Shown in pieces: positions 17,326 to 26,466 of a stretch of DNA of 32,000 nt. This DNA comes from Halomicronema hongdechloris C2206 (lineage in GTDB: Bacteria; Cyanobacteriota; Cyanobacteriia; Phormidesmidales; Phormidesmidaceae). Below the pieces are notes generated by a model, which worked only from the letters and a program-made list of their open reading frames with translations, did not search any database and was not told the DNA's origin. Position 1 is the stretch's first letter. Every line of letters starts with the position of its first letter. The stretch covers positions 2,700,001 through 2,732,000 of the forward strand of contig NZ_CP021983.2 in NCBI RefSeq assembly GCF_002075285.3, read 5' to 3'. The translations under genes and the position numbers were made by a program.

Positions 17326-17673
17326 TTATGACATAAATACAGGTTGCTGCTCATGTCTAGCTAGATAGACTTCTCCCCAATCTCGCATTGTCAGCAATAT
17401 CGGTACTAAGCTTCTGCCATATTCGGTAAGGGCATATTCCACTTTGATAGGCTCTGAATAAGCCATTCGTATAATCAGCTGATCCCGTTCTAGTTCTCTA
17501 AGTTGAAGCGTTAGAATACGGCGGCTAATACCCGGAATTTGTCTTTGGAGTTCACCAAATCGCTGTGTTCTGTCAAGTAGGCAATACAAAATATTTGGTT
17601 TCCATTTCCCAGAGATCAAGTCAACGGTCACTTTCACAGGACACGGTTTTTGTTTAGTTCGCTCTGCTTCCAC
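17326..17673 (-). CDS. HxlR-family winged-helix transcriptional regulator
   Basis: 115 aa. CPVKVTVDLISGKWKPNILYCLLDRTQRFGELQRQIPGISRRILTLQLRELERDQLI. GTG start sits 9 nt after AGGAG. It is divergent from trpE(G). Confidence 0.85.
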   Translation of the reverse strand: MEAERTKQKPCPVKVTVDLISGKWKPNILYCLLDRTQRFGELQRQIPGISRRILTLQLRELERDQLIIRMAYSEPIKVEYALTEYGRSLVPILLTMRDWGEVYLARHEQQPVFMS

Positions 17674-17903
17674 GGTTACTAGCTCCTAGCTAATTTTGAC
17701 ATCGGATCCAGCGATGCAGAAATCACTCCCTACTACAGATTAACTGTCTAAGTCATTAAAGTCTCAAATTTAGAGATTTTACTGAAAAGACCTGGTTGAA
17801 TGTCCTGTACTGGTTGTTTTTGTTATTTCAGGACTGCGCACAAGCTCATAAGCACGCCGATTTTGCTTGTCAAAAGGCCCCATCATTGACGAAGGAGATC
17901 TAT

Positions 17904-20105
17904 ATGCTTCAAGAATCTTACAGCTATCAAGTTAGGGGAAATGCTCAAGTGCGGCGCTGCACTCAAGAACTGCTTCTGGCAACTGCCCTCGACGGCCTAC
18001 TATCGCAGCTCGATCAGTATCGGGGCGGCCTCCTAAAGAGTAGCTATGAATTCCCAGGACGTTACAAACGGTGGGCGATTGGGTTTGTCAATCCTCCCTT
18101 AGAAATTTCCTCGCGGGGCAACACATTCGCCATTATAGCGCTCAATGAGCGCGGGCAAGTTCTAGTGTCTTATCTGGCGCTACACCTCTGTCGGAAACCC
18201 GAATTACGCTATCTCACTCGCAGTCAGCGTTGGATTAAGGGCACCATCCAGTTCGAGGAGCGGCCATTTCAAGAAGAGGAGCGTAGCCGTCAGCCTTCTA
18301 TATTCACACTCATTCGCTATGTGTTGGATGCCTTTCACAGTGAAGAAGATTGCTATCTGGGGCTCTATGGTGCGGTGGGTTACGACATCATTTTTCAATT
18401 TGAATCGCTCACTCAGCAGTGCGATCGCAAAGAGAATCAGCGGGATTTAATCCTTTATCTGCCGGATGATTTCTGGCTCGTTGATTACTACGCTCAACGA
18501 GCCTTCAAGGTACAGTACGAATTTGCAACTGAGTTTGGCAGCACCCACGGATTACCTCGGGATGGCGAAGTTATTGACTTTCGGGGACAGCAATTAATGC
18601 CTACCCGTCAGTCTGATCATGAACCTGGGGAGTATGCTGATCTCGTAAGACATGCCCTCGACTACTTTCGGCGCGGGGATTTGTTTGAAGTTGTGCCTAG
18701 TCAGAGCTTTTTTAGGCACTGTCAAACGGCTCCTAGTCAGCTATTTCAGACGCTGCACCAGATTAACCCTAGTCCCTACAGCTTTGTCTTCAATCTGGGT
18801 GGTGAGTATCTTGTCGGTTCGTCGCCAGAAATGTTCGTGCGAGTTGAGGGGCGACGGGTCGAGACTTGTCCCATTAGCGGCACCATTCGGCGGGGGCAAA
18901 ACGCGATCGAAGATGCTTACCAAGTTCTGAAACTGCTGAATTCTCATAAAGATGAAGCAGAACTGACGATGTGTACAGACGTTGATCGCAATGACAAATC
19001 ACGGGTTTGTGAGCCTGGTTCAGTACAGGTGATTGGCCGGAGACAGATTGAACTGTATAGCCATCTCATCCATACTGTCGATCATGTGGAGGGAACCCTC
19101 CGGCCCGAATTTGACGCGATCGATGCGTTTTTGACGCACACCTGGGCAGTGACAGTGACAGGCGCACCAAAACGGGCTGCCATCCAGTTTATCGAGCAGC
19201 ATGAGCGCAGCGCCCGCCGATGGTACGGAGGGGCTGTCGGGGGCTTCACTTTTAACGGCCATATCAATACCGGGCTGATTCTACGAACCATCTGCCTAAA
19301 AGACACGATCGCGGAGGTACGGGTGGGGGCTACCTTGCTCTATGATTCAATTCCCGAAACGGAGGAAGAGGAAACACTGACAAAAGCAGCAGCCATGATG
19401 CAAACGCTTCAGTTAGCGCAATCGGAAGAGTCGCGATCGCCTTTTCCCCAGACTCCGCCAACGGCTGCATCATTCGAGACTGGACAACGGGTGTTGTTAA
19501 TCGATTACGAGGATTCTTTTGTACACACCCTGGCCAACTATATTTGTCAGACGGGAGCACACGTGGTGACACTGCGTCATGGGTTCCCCGATTCGGTTTG
19601 GGAAATGGAACAGCCTGACTTGGTTGTGCTTTCGCCAGGACCAGGCACTCCTCGCGATTTTCACATTAGCCGAACGATTCGCACCTGCCTAAAGCGAGAG
19701 ATTCCGCTTTTTGGAGTTTGTTTAGGTCTACAAGGAATTGTAGAGACCTTTGGCGGAGAGCTGAGTTCGCTACCTTATCCACAACATGGTAAACCCTCCC
19801 GAATTTCAGTCGTAGCTGCTGACTCTCGCCTCTTTCAGAAATTGCCGCAAACCTTCGTGGCTGGGCGATATCACTCGTTGTGTGCCATGCCCGAACAAGT
19901 GCCGCCGGAGCTGAACATCACAGCCATCTCTGAGGACGGAGTGGTGATGGCCGTAGAGCATAAAACCCTGCCAATTGCTGCCGTACAGTTTCATCCCGAA
20001 TCCATCATGACGCTGGCAGAAAGTGTTGGCTTATCGATTATTTATAACGTGATGCGGACCTACGCAAAATCAGCCACGACTTCCAACCTAGTTCCGCTTT
20101 GCTAA
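17904..20105 (+). CDS. trpE: Anthranilate synthase, fused component I-component II, i.e. TrpE(G) of the rhizobial type
   Basis: ATG 17904 sits 6 nt after GAAGGAG, giving 733 aa. The N-terminal part has [67 protein letters not shown] and TVTGAPK. The C-terminal GATase part has [28 protein letters not shown] and VQFHPES. Confidence 0.9.
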   Translation: MLQESYSYQVRGNAQVRRCTQELLLATALDGLLSQLDQYRGGLLKSSYEFPGRYKRWAIGFVNPPLEISSRGNTFAIIALNERGQVLVSYLALHLCRKPELRYLTRSQRWIKGTIQFEERPFQEEERSRQPSIFTLIRYVLDAFHSEEDCYLGLYGAVGYDIIFQFESLTQQCDRKENQRDLILYLPDDFWLVDYYAQRAFKVQYEFATEFGSTHGLPRDGEVIDFRGQQLMPTRQSDHEPGEYADLVRHALDYFRRGDLFEVVPSQSFFRHCQTAPSQLFQTLHQINPSPYSFVFNLGGEYLVGSSPEMFVRVEGRRVETCPISGTIRRGQNAIEDAYQVLKLLNSHKDEAELTMCTDVDRNDKSRVCEPGSVQVIGRRQIELYSHLIHTVDHVEGTLRPEFDAIDAFLTHTWAVTVTGAPKRAAIQFIEQHERSARRWYGGAVGGFTFNGHINTGLILRTICLKDTIAEVRVGATLLYDSIPETEEEETLTKAAAMMQTLQLAQSEESRSPFPQTPPTAASFETGQRVLLIDYEDSFVHTLANYICQTGAHVVTLRHGFPDSVWEMEQPDLVVLSPGPGTPRDFHISRTIRTCLKREIPLFGVCLGLQGIVETFGGELSSLPYPQHGKPSRISVVAADSRLFQKLPQTFVAGRYHSLCAMPEQVPPELNITAISEDGVVMAVEHKTLPIAAVQFHPESIMTLAESVGLSIIYNVMRTYAKSATTSNLVPLC

Positions 20106-20190
20106 AGGCCCCTTACATAGACGACGCAGGTTCCTTGTCATCCTTGCCATCTTTGACCGCCATGCTGTGCAACTATCGAAACTTGAGGCG

Positions 20191-21078
20191 ATGAATATTC
20201 CTTCTTCAACCTCCAATACCCTACTGCCTATTTCCTCGATCAGTCCCTCGACGGCGCAGCCCCCCGGCACAATCCTCGAAACCATCGTGCGGCACAAGCG
20301 ACAGGAAGTGATGCATCTACAGCGACAGCAATCGCTTGCAGCCATTCAGCGATGGGCAGCAGCGACTCCTCCCAGCCACGACTTTTGTGCTGCGTTGCGT
20401 CAGCATCCTAAACCGAGTCTCATTGCAGAAGTCAAAAAAGCGTCGCCGAGCCGAGGCGTGATACGAACCGACTTCAATCCGGTGGCAATCGCGGCGGCCT
20501 ATGAGCAAGGTGGTGCTGCCTGCCTGTCGGTGCTGACAGACGCTGCCTTCTTTCAGGGTAGCTTCAGGAATCTGTGGCGAGTGCGACAGCACATTGCACT
20601 ACCGCTGCTATGTAAGGAGTTCATCATTGATCCTTACCAGATTTATCTAGCGCGAGTTGCGAGAGCAGATGCAGTGCTGCTGATTGCGGCACTGCTCGAT
20701 GATGATCGTCTGCAGGAGTTTGTGTCATTGGCGAGCAATCTAGGGATGCAAGCTCTGATCGAGGTTCACACTTTGGAGGAGCTTGATCGTGTACTCTCCT
20801 TGCAGCAACTGACCCTAATCGGCATCAATAATCGCGATCTAGCCCGCTTCACCGTAGATGTTGGCATGACTGAACGGCTGTTGGCTGCCCGAGCAAACCA
20901 GATTAAAGCTGCAGATATTCTGGTCGTAAGTGAATCAGGACTACAAACCTCCGAAGATTTGCGGCGAGTTGCCGCTGCGGGAGCAGAAGCGGTCCTGATT
21001 GGTGAGTCCCTAGTCAAACAACCCGACATTAAAGCGGCTGTCCGAACCCTGCTGCACGGAGCCCATCAGGTTGCCTAA
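20191..21078 (+). CDS. trpC: Indole-3-glycerol phosphate synthase (monofunctional, no TrpF domain)
   Basis: [58 protein letters not shown] and ESG. The longest ORF starts at GTG 20167; ATG 20191 is preferred. Confidence 0.9.
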   Translation: MNIPSSTSNTLLPISSISPSTAQPPGTILETIVRHKRQEVMHLQRQQSLAAIQRWAAATPPSHDFCAALRQHPKPSLIAEVKKASPSRGVIRTDFNPVAIAAAYEQGGAACLSVLTDAAFFQGSFRNLWRVRQHIALPLLCKEFIIDPYQIYLARVARADAVLLIAALLDDDRLQEFVSLASNLGMQALIEVHTLEELDRVLSLQQLTLIGINNRDLARFTVDVGMTERLLAARANQIKAADILVVSESGLQTSEDLRRVAAAGAEAVLIGESLVKQPDIKAAVRTLLHGAHQVA

Positions 21079-21145
21079 TCGTACGCCTGTTCACATCCGA
21101 CCAGATCGCTGCTGACTGTTGAATTGTTTATGGAGAGCCGATTTG

Positions 21146-21967
21146 ATGAACACGATCACCAATCGATTTGCCCAATTGCGAGCGCAGCGACAGTGTGCGC
21201 TGATTCCCTTCATTACAGCAGGAGATCCCAATTTAGCCACGACCCAAGCGGCTATCCAACGATTAGATCGCAGCGGTGCTGACCTGATCGAGCTGGGCGT
21301 TCCCTATACCGATCCGTTAGCAGACGGCTCCGTCATCCAAGCAGCTGCTACTCGCGCCTTACGGCGAGGGGTATATCTGGATGCAGTGCTGGATGTGGTG
21401 CGCGCTGTCAGTTCCGATATTCAGGCTCCCATTATTCTCTTTACCTACTACAACCTTATCCTTAATCGTGGTGTGCAACCTTTCCTGCAAGCGATCGCGA
21501 CTGCTGGCGCCAAGGGACTCGTAGTACCCGACCTGCCCATAGAAGAAGCTGAAGGATTAATAGAAGCGGCTAAGGTGTTGGACGTGGACGTTACCGTGAT
21601 TCTGTTAGTGGCTCCAACCAGTTCGCACATCCGCCTTCGCACGATCGCTCAAAAATCTCAGGGATTTATTTACCTGGTCAGCGTTACCGGGGTCACTGGA
21701 GTACGCAGTCAGCTACAGACAGGACTCCAATCGCTACTAGCAGAAATGCACACCTTCACCGACAAACCCATTGGCGTCGGCTTTGGCATTTCTCAACCCG
21801 ATCAAGCTCGACAACTACAGGCATGGGGGGCGGATGCGGTAATTGTTGGCAGCGCTTTTGTACAGCGTCTTGCAGACAGCTCTCCTAAAACCGGACTGCA
21901 GGCAATCGAGCAGCTCTGTCAAGATCTCAAACAAGCCATTTCTGCCACTGCAGTCTCCATGTCCTAG
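21146..21967 (+). CDS. trpA: Tryptophan synthase alpha chain
   Basis: ATG 21146 sits 8 nt after [56 protein letters not shown] and GFGIS. Confidence 0.9.
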   Translation: MNTITNRFAQLRAQRQCALIPFITAGDPNLATTQAAIQRLDRSGADLIELGVPYTDPLADGSVIQAAATRALRRGVYLDAVLDVVRAVSSDIQAPIILFTYYNLILNRGVQPFLQAIATAGAKGLVVPDLPIEEAEGLIEAAKVLDVDVTVILLVAPTSSHIRLRTIAQKSQGFIYLVSVTGVTGVRSQLQTGLQSLLAEMHTFTDKPIGVGFGISQPDQARQLQAWGADAVIVGSAFVQRLADSSPKTGLQAIEQLCQDLKQAISATAVSMS

Positions 21968-22049
21968 CTTTCCCCTATTTAAACGATTCACCAGGTGCTC
22001 CCTAAACCCCTTAGCTCTTGACTCTAGGATGTGCTGAGTTTTTAGGCCA

Positions 22050-22089
22050 TTCAAAATTCTTCGAAATTCGAATTCAAAACTCAAAACTG
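22050..22089. repeat. TTTTGAR-type heptamer array in the trpA-trpB spacer
   Basis: The reverse complement reads cagttttgagttttgaattcgaatttcgaagaattttgaa. It shares ttttgaRttttgaa...ttcgaag with 30455-30485 and 3145-3163. Confidence 0.75.
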
Positions 22090-22129
22090 TTACCCTCCTT
22101 CTTCCGCCATCACCAGAGAGGTATTTCCT

Positions 22130-23386
22130 ATGGTCAGCACCCCCAACGGAACAATAACCGCACCGTCCCTTGCCCGACCTAACGTTGCAGGGCGATTTGG
22201 TGAATTCGGCGGGCAGTATGTGCCTGAGACTCTGATGCCAGCCCTTAGCGAGTTAGCGGCAGCCTTTCACGAAGCTTATCCCCATCCAGACTTTCAGCGG
22301 ACGCTACAGCAGCTATTGAAAGACTACGTTGGACGACCGAATCCCCTCTATTTTGCCGAGCGTCTTACAGCCCACTATGCACGACCTAACGGAACAGGAC
22401 CCCAGATTTATCTCAAACGCGAAGACTTAAACCATACGGGCGCTCACAAAATCAATAACGCGCTGGGGCAGGTGCTACTGGCTCAGCGCATGGGGAAACG
22501 ACGCATCATTGCCGAAACTGGAGCCGGGCAGCATGGGGTGGCAACAGCGACGGTATGCGCTCGCTTTGGCCTACAATGTGTGATTTATATGGGCGTTCAC
22601 GATATGCAACGGCAGGCGCTCAACGTCTTTCGGATGCGGCTGATGGGAGCTGAAGTGGTGCCAGTCGAGGCAGGTACTGGCACCCTCAAAGAGGCTACCT
22701 CAGAAGCCATTCGTGACTGGGTAACGAATATTGAGACAACCCATTACATTCTGGGTTCGGTAGCTGGTCCCCATCCTTATCCCATGATTGTGCGGGATTT
22801 TCATGCCGTGATTGGTCAGGAAACTCGGCGTCAGTGCCAGGAAAAGTGGGGAGGCTTGCCCAATATCTTGCTGGCCTGTGTTGGCGGCGGGTCCAACGCT
22901 ATGGGCCTGTTTCACGCGTTTGTGGAAGAGCCCTCGGTACGGCTAATGGGGATAGAAGCGGCGGGACAAGGCGTTTTGTCCGGCAAGCATGCAGCGACTC
23001 TGACACAAGGCCGAATTGGGGTGCTGCATGGTGCGATGAGCTACCTGTTGCAGGATGAGCATGGTCAGGTGCTAGAGGCTCATTCCATCAGTGCCGGGCT
23101 GGACTATCCTGGCGTGGGTCCAGAGCACAGCTATTTCAAGCAGAGTGGACGAGGCGAATACGACAGCGTCACAGATGAGGAAGCTCTCGCTGGACTGCAG
23201 CGGTTGTCTCGTCTTGAGGGCATCATTCCGGCACTAGAAACAGCTCACGCGATCGCCTATCTTGAAACGCTCTGTCCGCAGCTCAGCGGCAATCCTCGCA
23301 TTGTGATCAACTGCTCTGGACGTGGCGATAAAGATGTCCAAACCGTGGCGAATGCGCTGCAAGCCACTGAGTTTTCAAGTCTCTAA
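22130..23386 (+). CDS. trpB: Tryptophan synthase beta chain
   Basis: 418 aa. [31 protein letters not shown] (PLP lysine), ETGAGQHG and [18 protein letters not shown] lies 8 nt upstream. Confidence 0.95.
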   Translation: MVSTPNGTITAPSLARPNVAGRFGEFGGQYVPETLMPALSELAAAFHEAYPHPDFQRTLQQLLKDYVGRPNPLYFAERLTAHYARPNGTGPQIYLKREDLNHTGAHKINNALGQVLLAQRMGKRRIIAETGAGQHGVATATVCARFGLQCVIYMGVHDMQRQALNVFRMRLMGAEVVPVEAGTGTLKEATSEAIRDWVTNIETTHYILGSVAGPHPYPMIVRDFHAVIGQETRRQCQEKWGGLPNILLACVGGGSNAMGLFHAFVEEPSVRLMGIEAAGQGVLSGKHAATLTQGRIGVLHGAMSYLLQDEHGQVLEAHSISAGLDYPGVGPEHSYFKQSGRGEYDSVTDEEALAGLQRLSRLEGIIPALETAHAIAYLETLCPQLSGNPRIVINCSGRGDKDVQTVANALQATEFSSL

Positions 23387-23438
23387 ATGTTTGATCGCGG
23401 TAGCACGCGATCGCTTTTCCCTGCCCCCTTACTTACCG

Positions 23439-24530
23439 ATGACCATGATGACAACCTCTCTCCAATCTATGCCTCAACCTGCCATCAGTCTCCAGACCTG
23501 GCAGGAGATCCTGCACCGCTTGTTAGAGCATCGCTCTTTATCGGTAGAGCAGGCCGCTAGTTTAATGCAAGGCTGGCTGCAGGAAACTATCTCGCCTGCT
23601 CTTTCTGGCGCAATTTTGACTGCAATTCAAGCGAAGGGCGTGTCTGCGAGCGAACTGGTGGGAATGGTGCAGGTGCTGCAAGAGCGAGCCGTGCAGAGTC
23701 ACCCTCGCGTAGATACCCATCCCGTTGTTGACACCTGTGGTACGGGCGGTGATGGCGCTTCGACCTTCAACATTTCAACGGCGGTGGCTTTTGTGGTAGC
23801 CGCGGCTGGCGTCAAAGTTGCCAAGCACGGTAACCGCTCCGTCAGCAGCAAGGCGGGTTCAGCCGACGTATTGGAGGCTCTGCGCATTGATTTAGGCGCT
23901 AGCCATCAAAGAGTGGAAGCCGCTTTGGATGAAGTTGGCATCACCTTTTTGTTTGCACCTGGTTGGCATCCTGCCTTCAAAGCGGTGGCTCCTATCCGTA
24001 AAACGCTAGGCATTCGGACCATTTTCAACGTACTCGGACCGCTGCTGAATCCTCTAGGGCCCACAGGACAGGTAATTGGAGTGTCCGATCCGGCCCTGGT
24101 TGAGCCTGTAGCTGAAGCGATTGCCCGCTCTAGTGACCGTCATGGGGTGGTGGTATACGGACGAGAGCACTTGGATGAGGCTGGCTTAGCAGACCTGTCT
24201 GATGTGGCGATCGTGAATGATAACCAGATTGATGTAACCACTGTCAATCCTGATCATCTGGGGTTAGCAGCCGCTCCTACTGCAGCCCTTCGAGGCGGCG
24301 ACATCCGCACTAATGCAGACATTCTCAAAGCTGTTTTACAGGGTCGAGGCACTCAGGCACAGCAAGATGTGGTGGCCCTCAATGCAGCGATGGCACTGTA
24401 CGTCGGAGAGGCGATCGCCGGGGTCACTGTTCATGAGGCGTTTGAGAAAGGAATTCAGGTCGCTTACTCAATTCTGAGGAGTGGTGCAGCTTGGCAAAAA
24501 CTAGAACAGCTTGCTCAGTTTTTGGCATAA
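23439..24530 (+). CDS. trpD: Anthranilate phosphoribosyltransferase
   Basis: [38 protein letters not shown] and [12 protein letters not shown] 23439 gives 363 aa. The longest ORF (from 23322) would overlap trpB by 65 nt. Confidence 0.9.
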   Translation: MTMMTTSLQSMPQPAISLQTWQEILHRLLEHRSLSVEQAASLMQGWLQETISPALSGAILTAIQAKGVSASELVGMVQVLQERAVQSHPRVDTHPVVDTCGTGGDGASTFNISTAVAFVVAAAGVKVAKHGNRSVSSKAGSADVLEALRIDLGASHQRVEAALDEVGITFLFAPGWHPAFKAVAPIRKTLGIRTIFNVLGPLLNPLGPTGQVIGVSDPALVEPVAEAIARSSDRHGVVVYGREHLDEAGLADLSDVAIVNDNQIDVTTVNPDHLGLAAAPTAALRGGDIRTNADILKAVLQGRGTQAQQDVVALNAAMALYVGEAIAGVTVHEAFEKGIQVAYSILRSGAAWQKLEQLAQFLA

Positions 24531-24539
24531 ACGTACAGA

Positions 24540-24905
24540 GGACATTGTCAACTTGAATGCTGTGGTGCCCTTTGTCGGTGTCTGTCAGGGGTAAGCCGAT
24601 GCCGGTCAGTTACAAATATCACCGATTTCCCATTGCGATCATTAGTCACTGCGTCTGGCTTTACTACACCTTTTCCCCTCAGCTACCGCGATATCGAAAA
24701 GATGACGCTTTATCGCGGCATTGAGGTGACCTACGAGTCGATCCGCAAGTGGTGCAAAAAGTTTGCTCAAGTCTATGCGAACCAGGTCCGTCGCCGTCGC
24801 CCCAAATCGAGAGATAAATGGCATCTCGATGAAGTCGTGATCACGATTAAGGGCCAGCAGTATTACTTGTGGCGAGCTGTAGACGCGGACAGTCAGGTCA
24901 TCGAC
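24540..24905 (+). mobile_element. IS6-family insertion sequence remnant: left inverted repeat plus frameshifted, 3'-truncated transposase
   Basis: Candidate IRL GGACATTGTCAAC at 24540. From ATG 24599: MPVSYKYHRFPIAIISHCVWLYYTF, then (+1 frame at the T4C4 run 24671-24678) PLSYRDIEKMTLYRGIEVTYESIRKWCKKFAQVYANQVRRRRPKSRDKWHLDEVVITIKGQQYYLWRAVDADSQVID. This matches the N-terminal half of IS26-like Tnp and is lost after about 24905. Confidence 0.75.
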
Positions 24906-24991
24906 AAAGATACTTACTCCACCACCCCCAGCACCGTAATCTTGATCCGCGCTAGCTGACTCCTCAACCTGGCCCATTCCCTGTAAGTCAG

Positions 24992-25046
24992 CGATATCAC
25001 CATGCCTAGGGACAACTTCCAGTCGGTCCAGGGCATGGTGATATCG
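24992..25046. repeat. Perfect 15-bp inverted repeat (cgatatcaccatgcc / ggcatggtgatatcg) with a 25-nt spacer
   Basis: 24992-25006 is the exact reverse complement of 25032-25046. Confidence 0.85.
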
Positions 25047-25246
25047 GTGGAGGGCAGTTTCAACAGCCATAGCAGACCTCAGGCACAGGCTGGTCTCTGC
25101 CACGAGCCAGGTGGTGACAACGCTGGTGAGAAGGGCTCGGCAGGGGTTAAAACACATCGTCAGGAAAGCTGGGAGGTACAAACCACTCTCCTAACTCTAC
25201 ATCTTGTTTTCGGGGTGAATTGGCTGTCTGAGCAACCTGCATGATC

Positions 25247-25362
25247 GTCATTCTCGCGGCGGCGGGAATCCAGTTGCCAGGTGTCTTCGCCCGAAAAATA
25301 TTTGCCGACTGCGTAGACCTCTACCTGGATTCCGGGTGGCGCTGCGCTTGCCCCGGAATGAC
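25247..25362. repeat. Two REP-like hairpin units in inverted orientation (25247-25273 and 25325-25362)
   Basis: gtcattctcgcggcggcgggaatccag, and the reverse complement of the second unit, gtcattccggggcaagcgcagcgccacccggaatccag. Each has a GTCATTC...GGAATCCAG frame around an internal stem. Confidence 0.6.
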
Positions 25363-25624
25363 GAAAAGCTTTTCCGTTGTGCATGAATTACCACCATCAA
25401 CCTTACAGCGTTGCCTGGTTACTTAACTCAGCCTCGCCAGAGCAAGGCTTCGTCACAGAGTCACGCTCAAATCAGGAGTCTGACCCTCTCTTAGCGTCAC
25501 CAGAGCTCAAATGTATCCCGCCATCCTAAGCCTCATCACCGATGGCAGGTTCGTTCACCGCATCTGATCCGTCGGGACGTATCACCTCGATATGATGCCA
25601 AACCGCCGTAATCTGTATTAAACA

Positions 25625-25657
25625 CATTCCCGGCCAGGGATACTCCGACCGGGAATG
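25625..25657 (-). terminator. Candidate intrinsic terminator downstream of grxD
   Basis: 9-bp stem cattcccgg/ccgggaatg with a 15-nt loop. On the minus strand it is followed by TGTTTAAT, a weak U-tract, about 110 nt after the grxD stop. Confidence 0.3.
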
Positions 25658-25767
25658 CCTAGAGAGATAGCGATGATCTGGCTCAGCTCTAAACGTATTC
25701 CAGCTAAATACTCGTCCCAGGGCTGACTAAATAACCTAGATTAGGCTACTTGCTTAGATGGAATACT

Positions 25768-26091
25768 CTAAGAGGCCAAGGCAACCTCTACCATCTCCCG
25801 TAGCTGGCCATTCTGGTACAGCTCGATCATGATGTCAGAGCCGCCTAGAAATTCGCCGTTGACATACACTTGGGGAATGGTGGGCCAGTTGGAGTATTCC
25901 TTGATGCCTTGACGGATGTCATTATCAGACAGCACGTCAAAGGTCTCGTAGGGAGCCCCCAGCATGTTCAGAATCTGGACAACGTTGTTCGAGAAACCAC
26001 ACTGGGGCATCAGTTTATTGCCCTTCATAAAAACAAAAATCTTACTGGAGTTGATGAGACTTTCGATCCGATCTTGGGTTTCTGAAGTCAT
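25768..26091 (-). CDS. grxD: Monothiol glutaredoxin (Grx4 family, CGFS active site)
   Basis: 107 aa. VFMKGNKLMPQCGFSNNVVQIL...WPTIPQVYVNGEFLGGSDI. Confidence 0.95.
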   Translation of the reverse strand: MTSETQDRIESLINSSKIFVFMKGNKLMPQCGFSNNVVQILNMLGAPYETFDVLSDNDIRQGIKEYSNWPTIPQVYVNGEFLGGSDIMIELYQNGQLREMVEVALAS

Positions 26092-26120
26092 GGTCTTATC
26101 TCAATGACAGGCAACGACAG

Positions 26121-26381
26121 TTACGACCCCTGGGCTACCGTTTCCCAGGTGGTTGGCGTGTAGGTCTTTAGGGCCAAGGCATGAATGGCCTCAGAGGACA
26201 TGGCCTCCTGGACGGCCCGATACACCATTTGGTGCTGCTGCACCAGGGAGCGTCCTTCAAACTCAGAGGACACAACAATGACTTGATAATGATCACCACC
26301 GCCGGTCAAGTCCTCGATTTGAACCTGAGCATCCGGCAGACCGGCTTTGATCATCGTGGCCACTTGATCGGGGCTAATCAT
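26121..26381 (-). CDS. BolA family protein
   Basis: 86 aa. ...[28 protein letters not shown]....[11 protein letters not shown]. It is adjacent to the monothiol Grx, the conserved BolA-Grx pairing. Confidence 0.85.
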   Translation of the reverse strand: MISPDQVATMIKAGLPDAQVQIEDLTGGGDHYQVIVVSSEFEGRSLVQQHQMVYRAVQEAMSSEAIHALALKTYTPTTWETVAQGS

Positions 26382-26466
26382 AGATGGTTCTGAGATGGGC
26401 TGGGCAACTCAATGGGACTGCACAGGAGTTAGTTTAACGAACTGGGCAGCCGGTTGGGGGATGGCA

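Noticed and set aside
17800-17889. 29-codon upstream ORF (MSCTGCFCYFRTAHKLISTPILLVKRPHH) ending 14 nt before trpE(G), considered as a trpL-like attenuation leader peptide
   Set aside because: It contains no Trp codons. It is not followed by a terminator/antiterminator hairpin or a U-tract, and it has no obvious RBS. It is probably a chance ORF in the leader.
24642-25181. 179-aa minus-strand ORF
   Set aside because: Its 3' two-thirds run antisense through the IS6 transposase fragment, a shadow frame. The remainder has no recognisable motif, RBS or coding-like codon bias.
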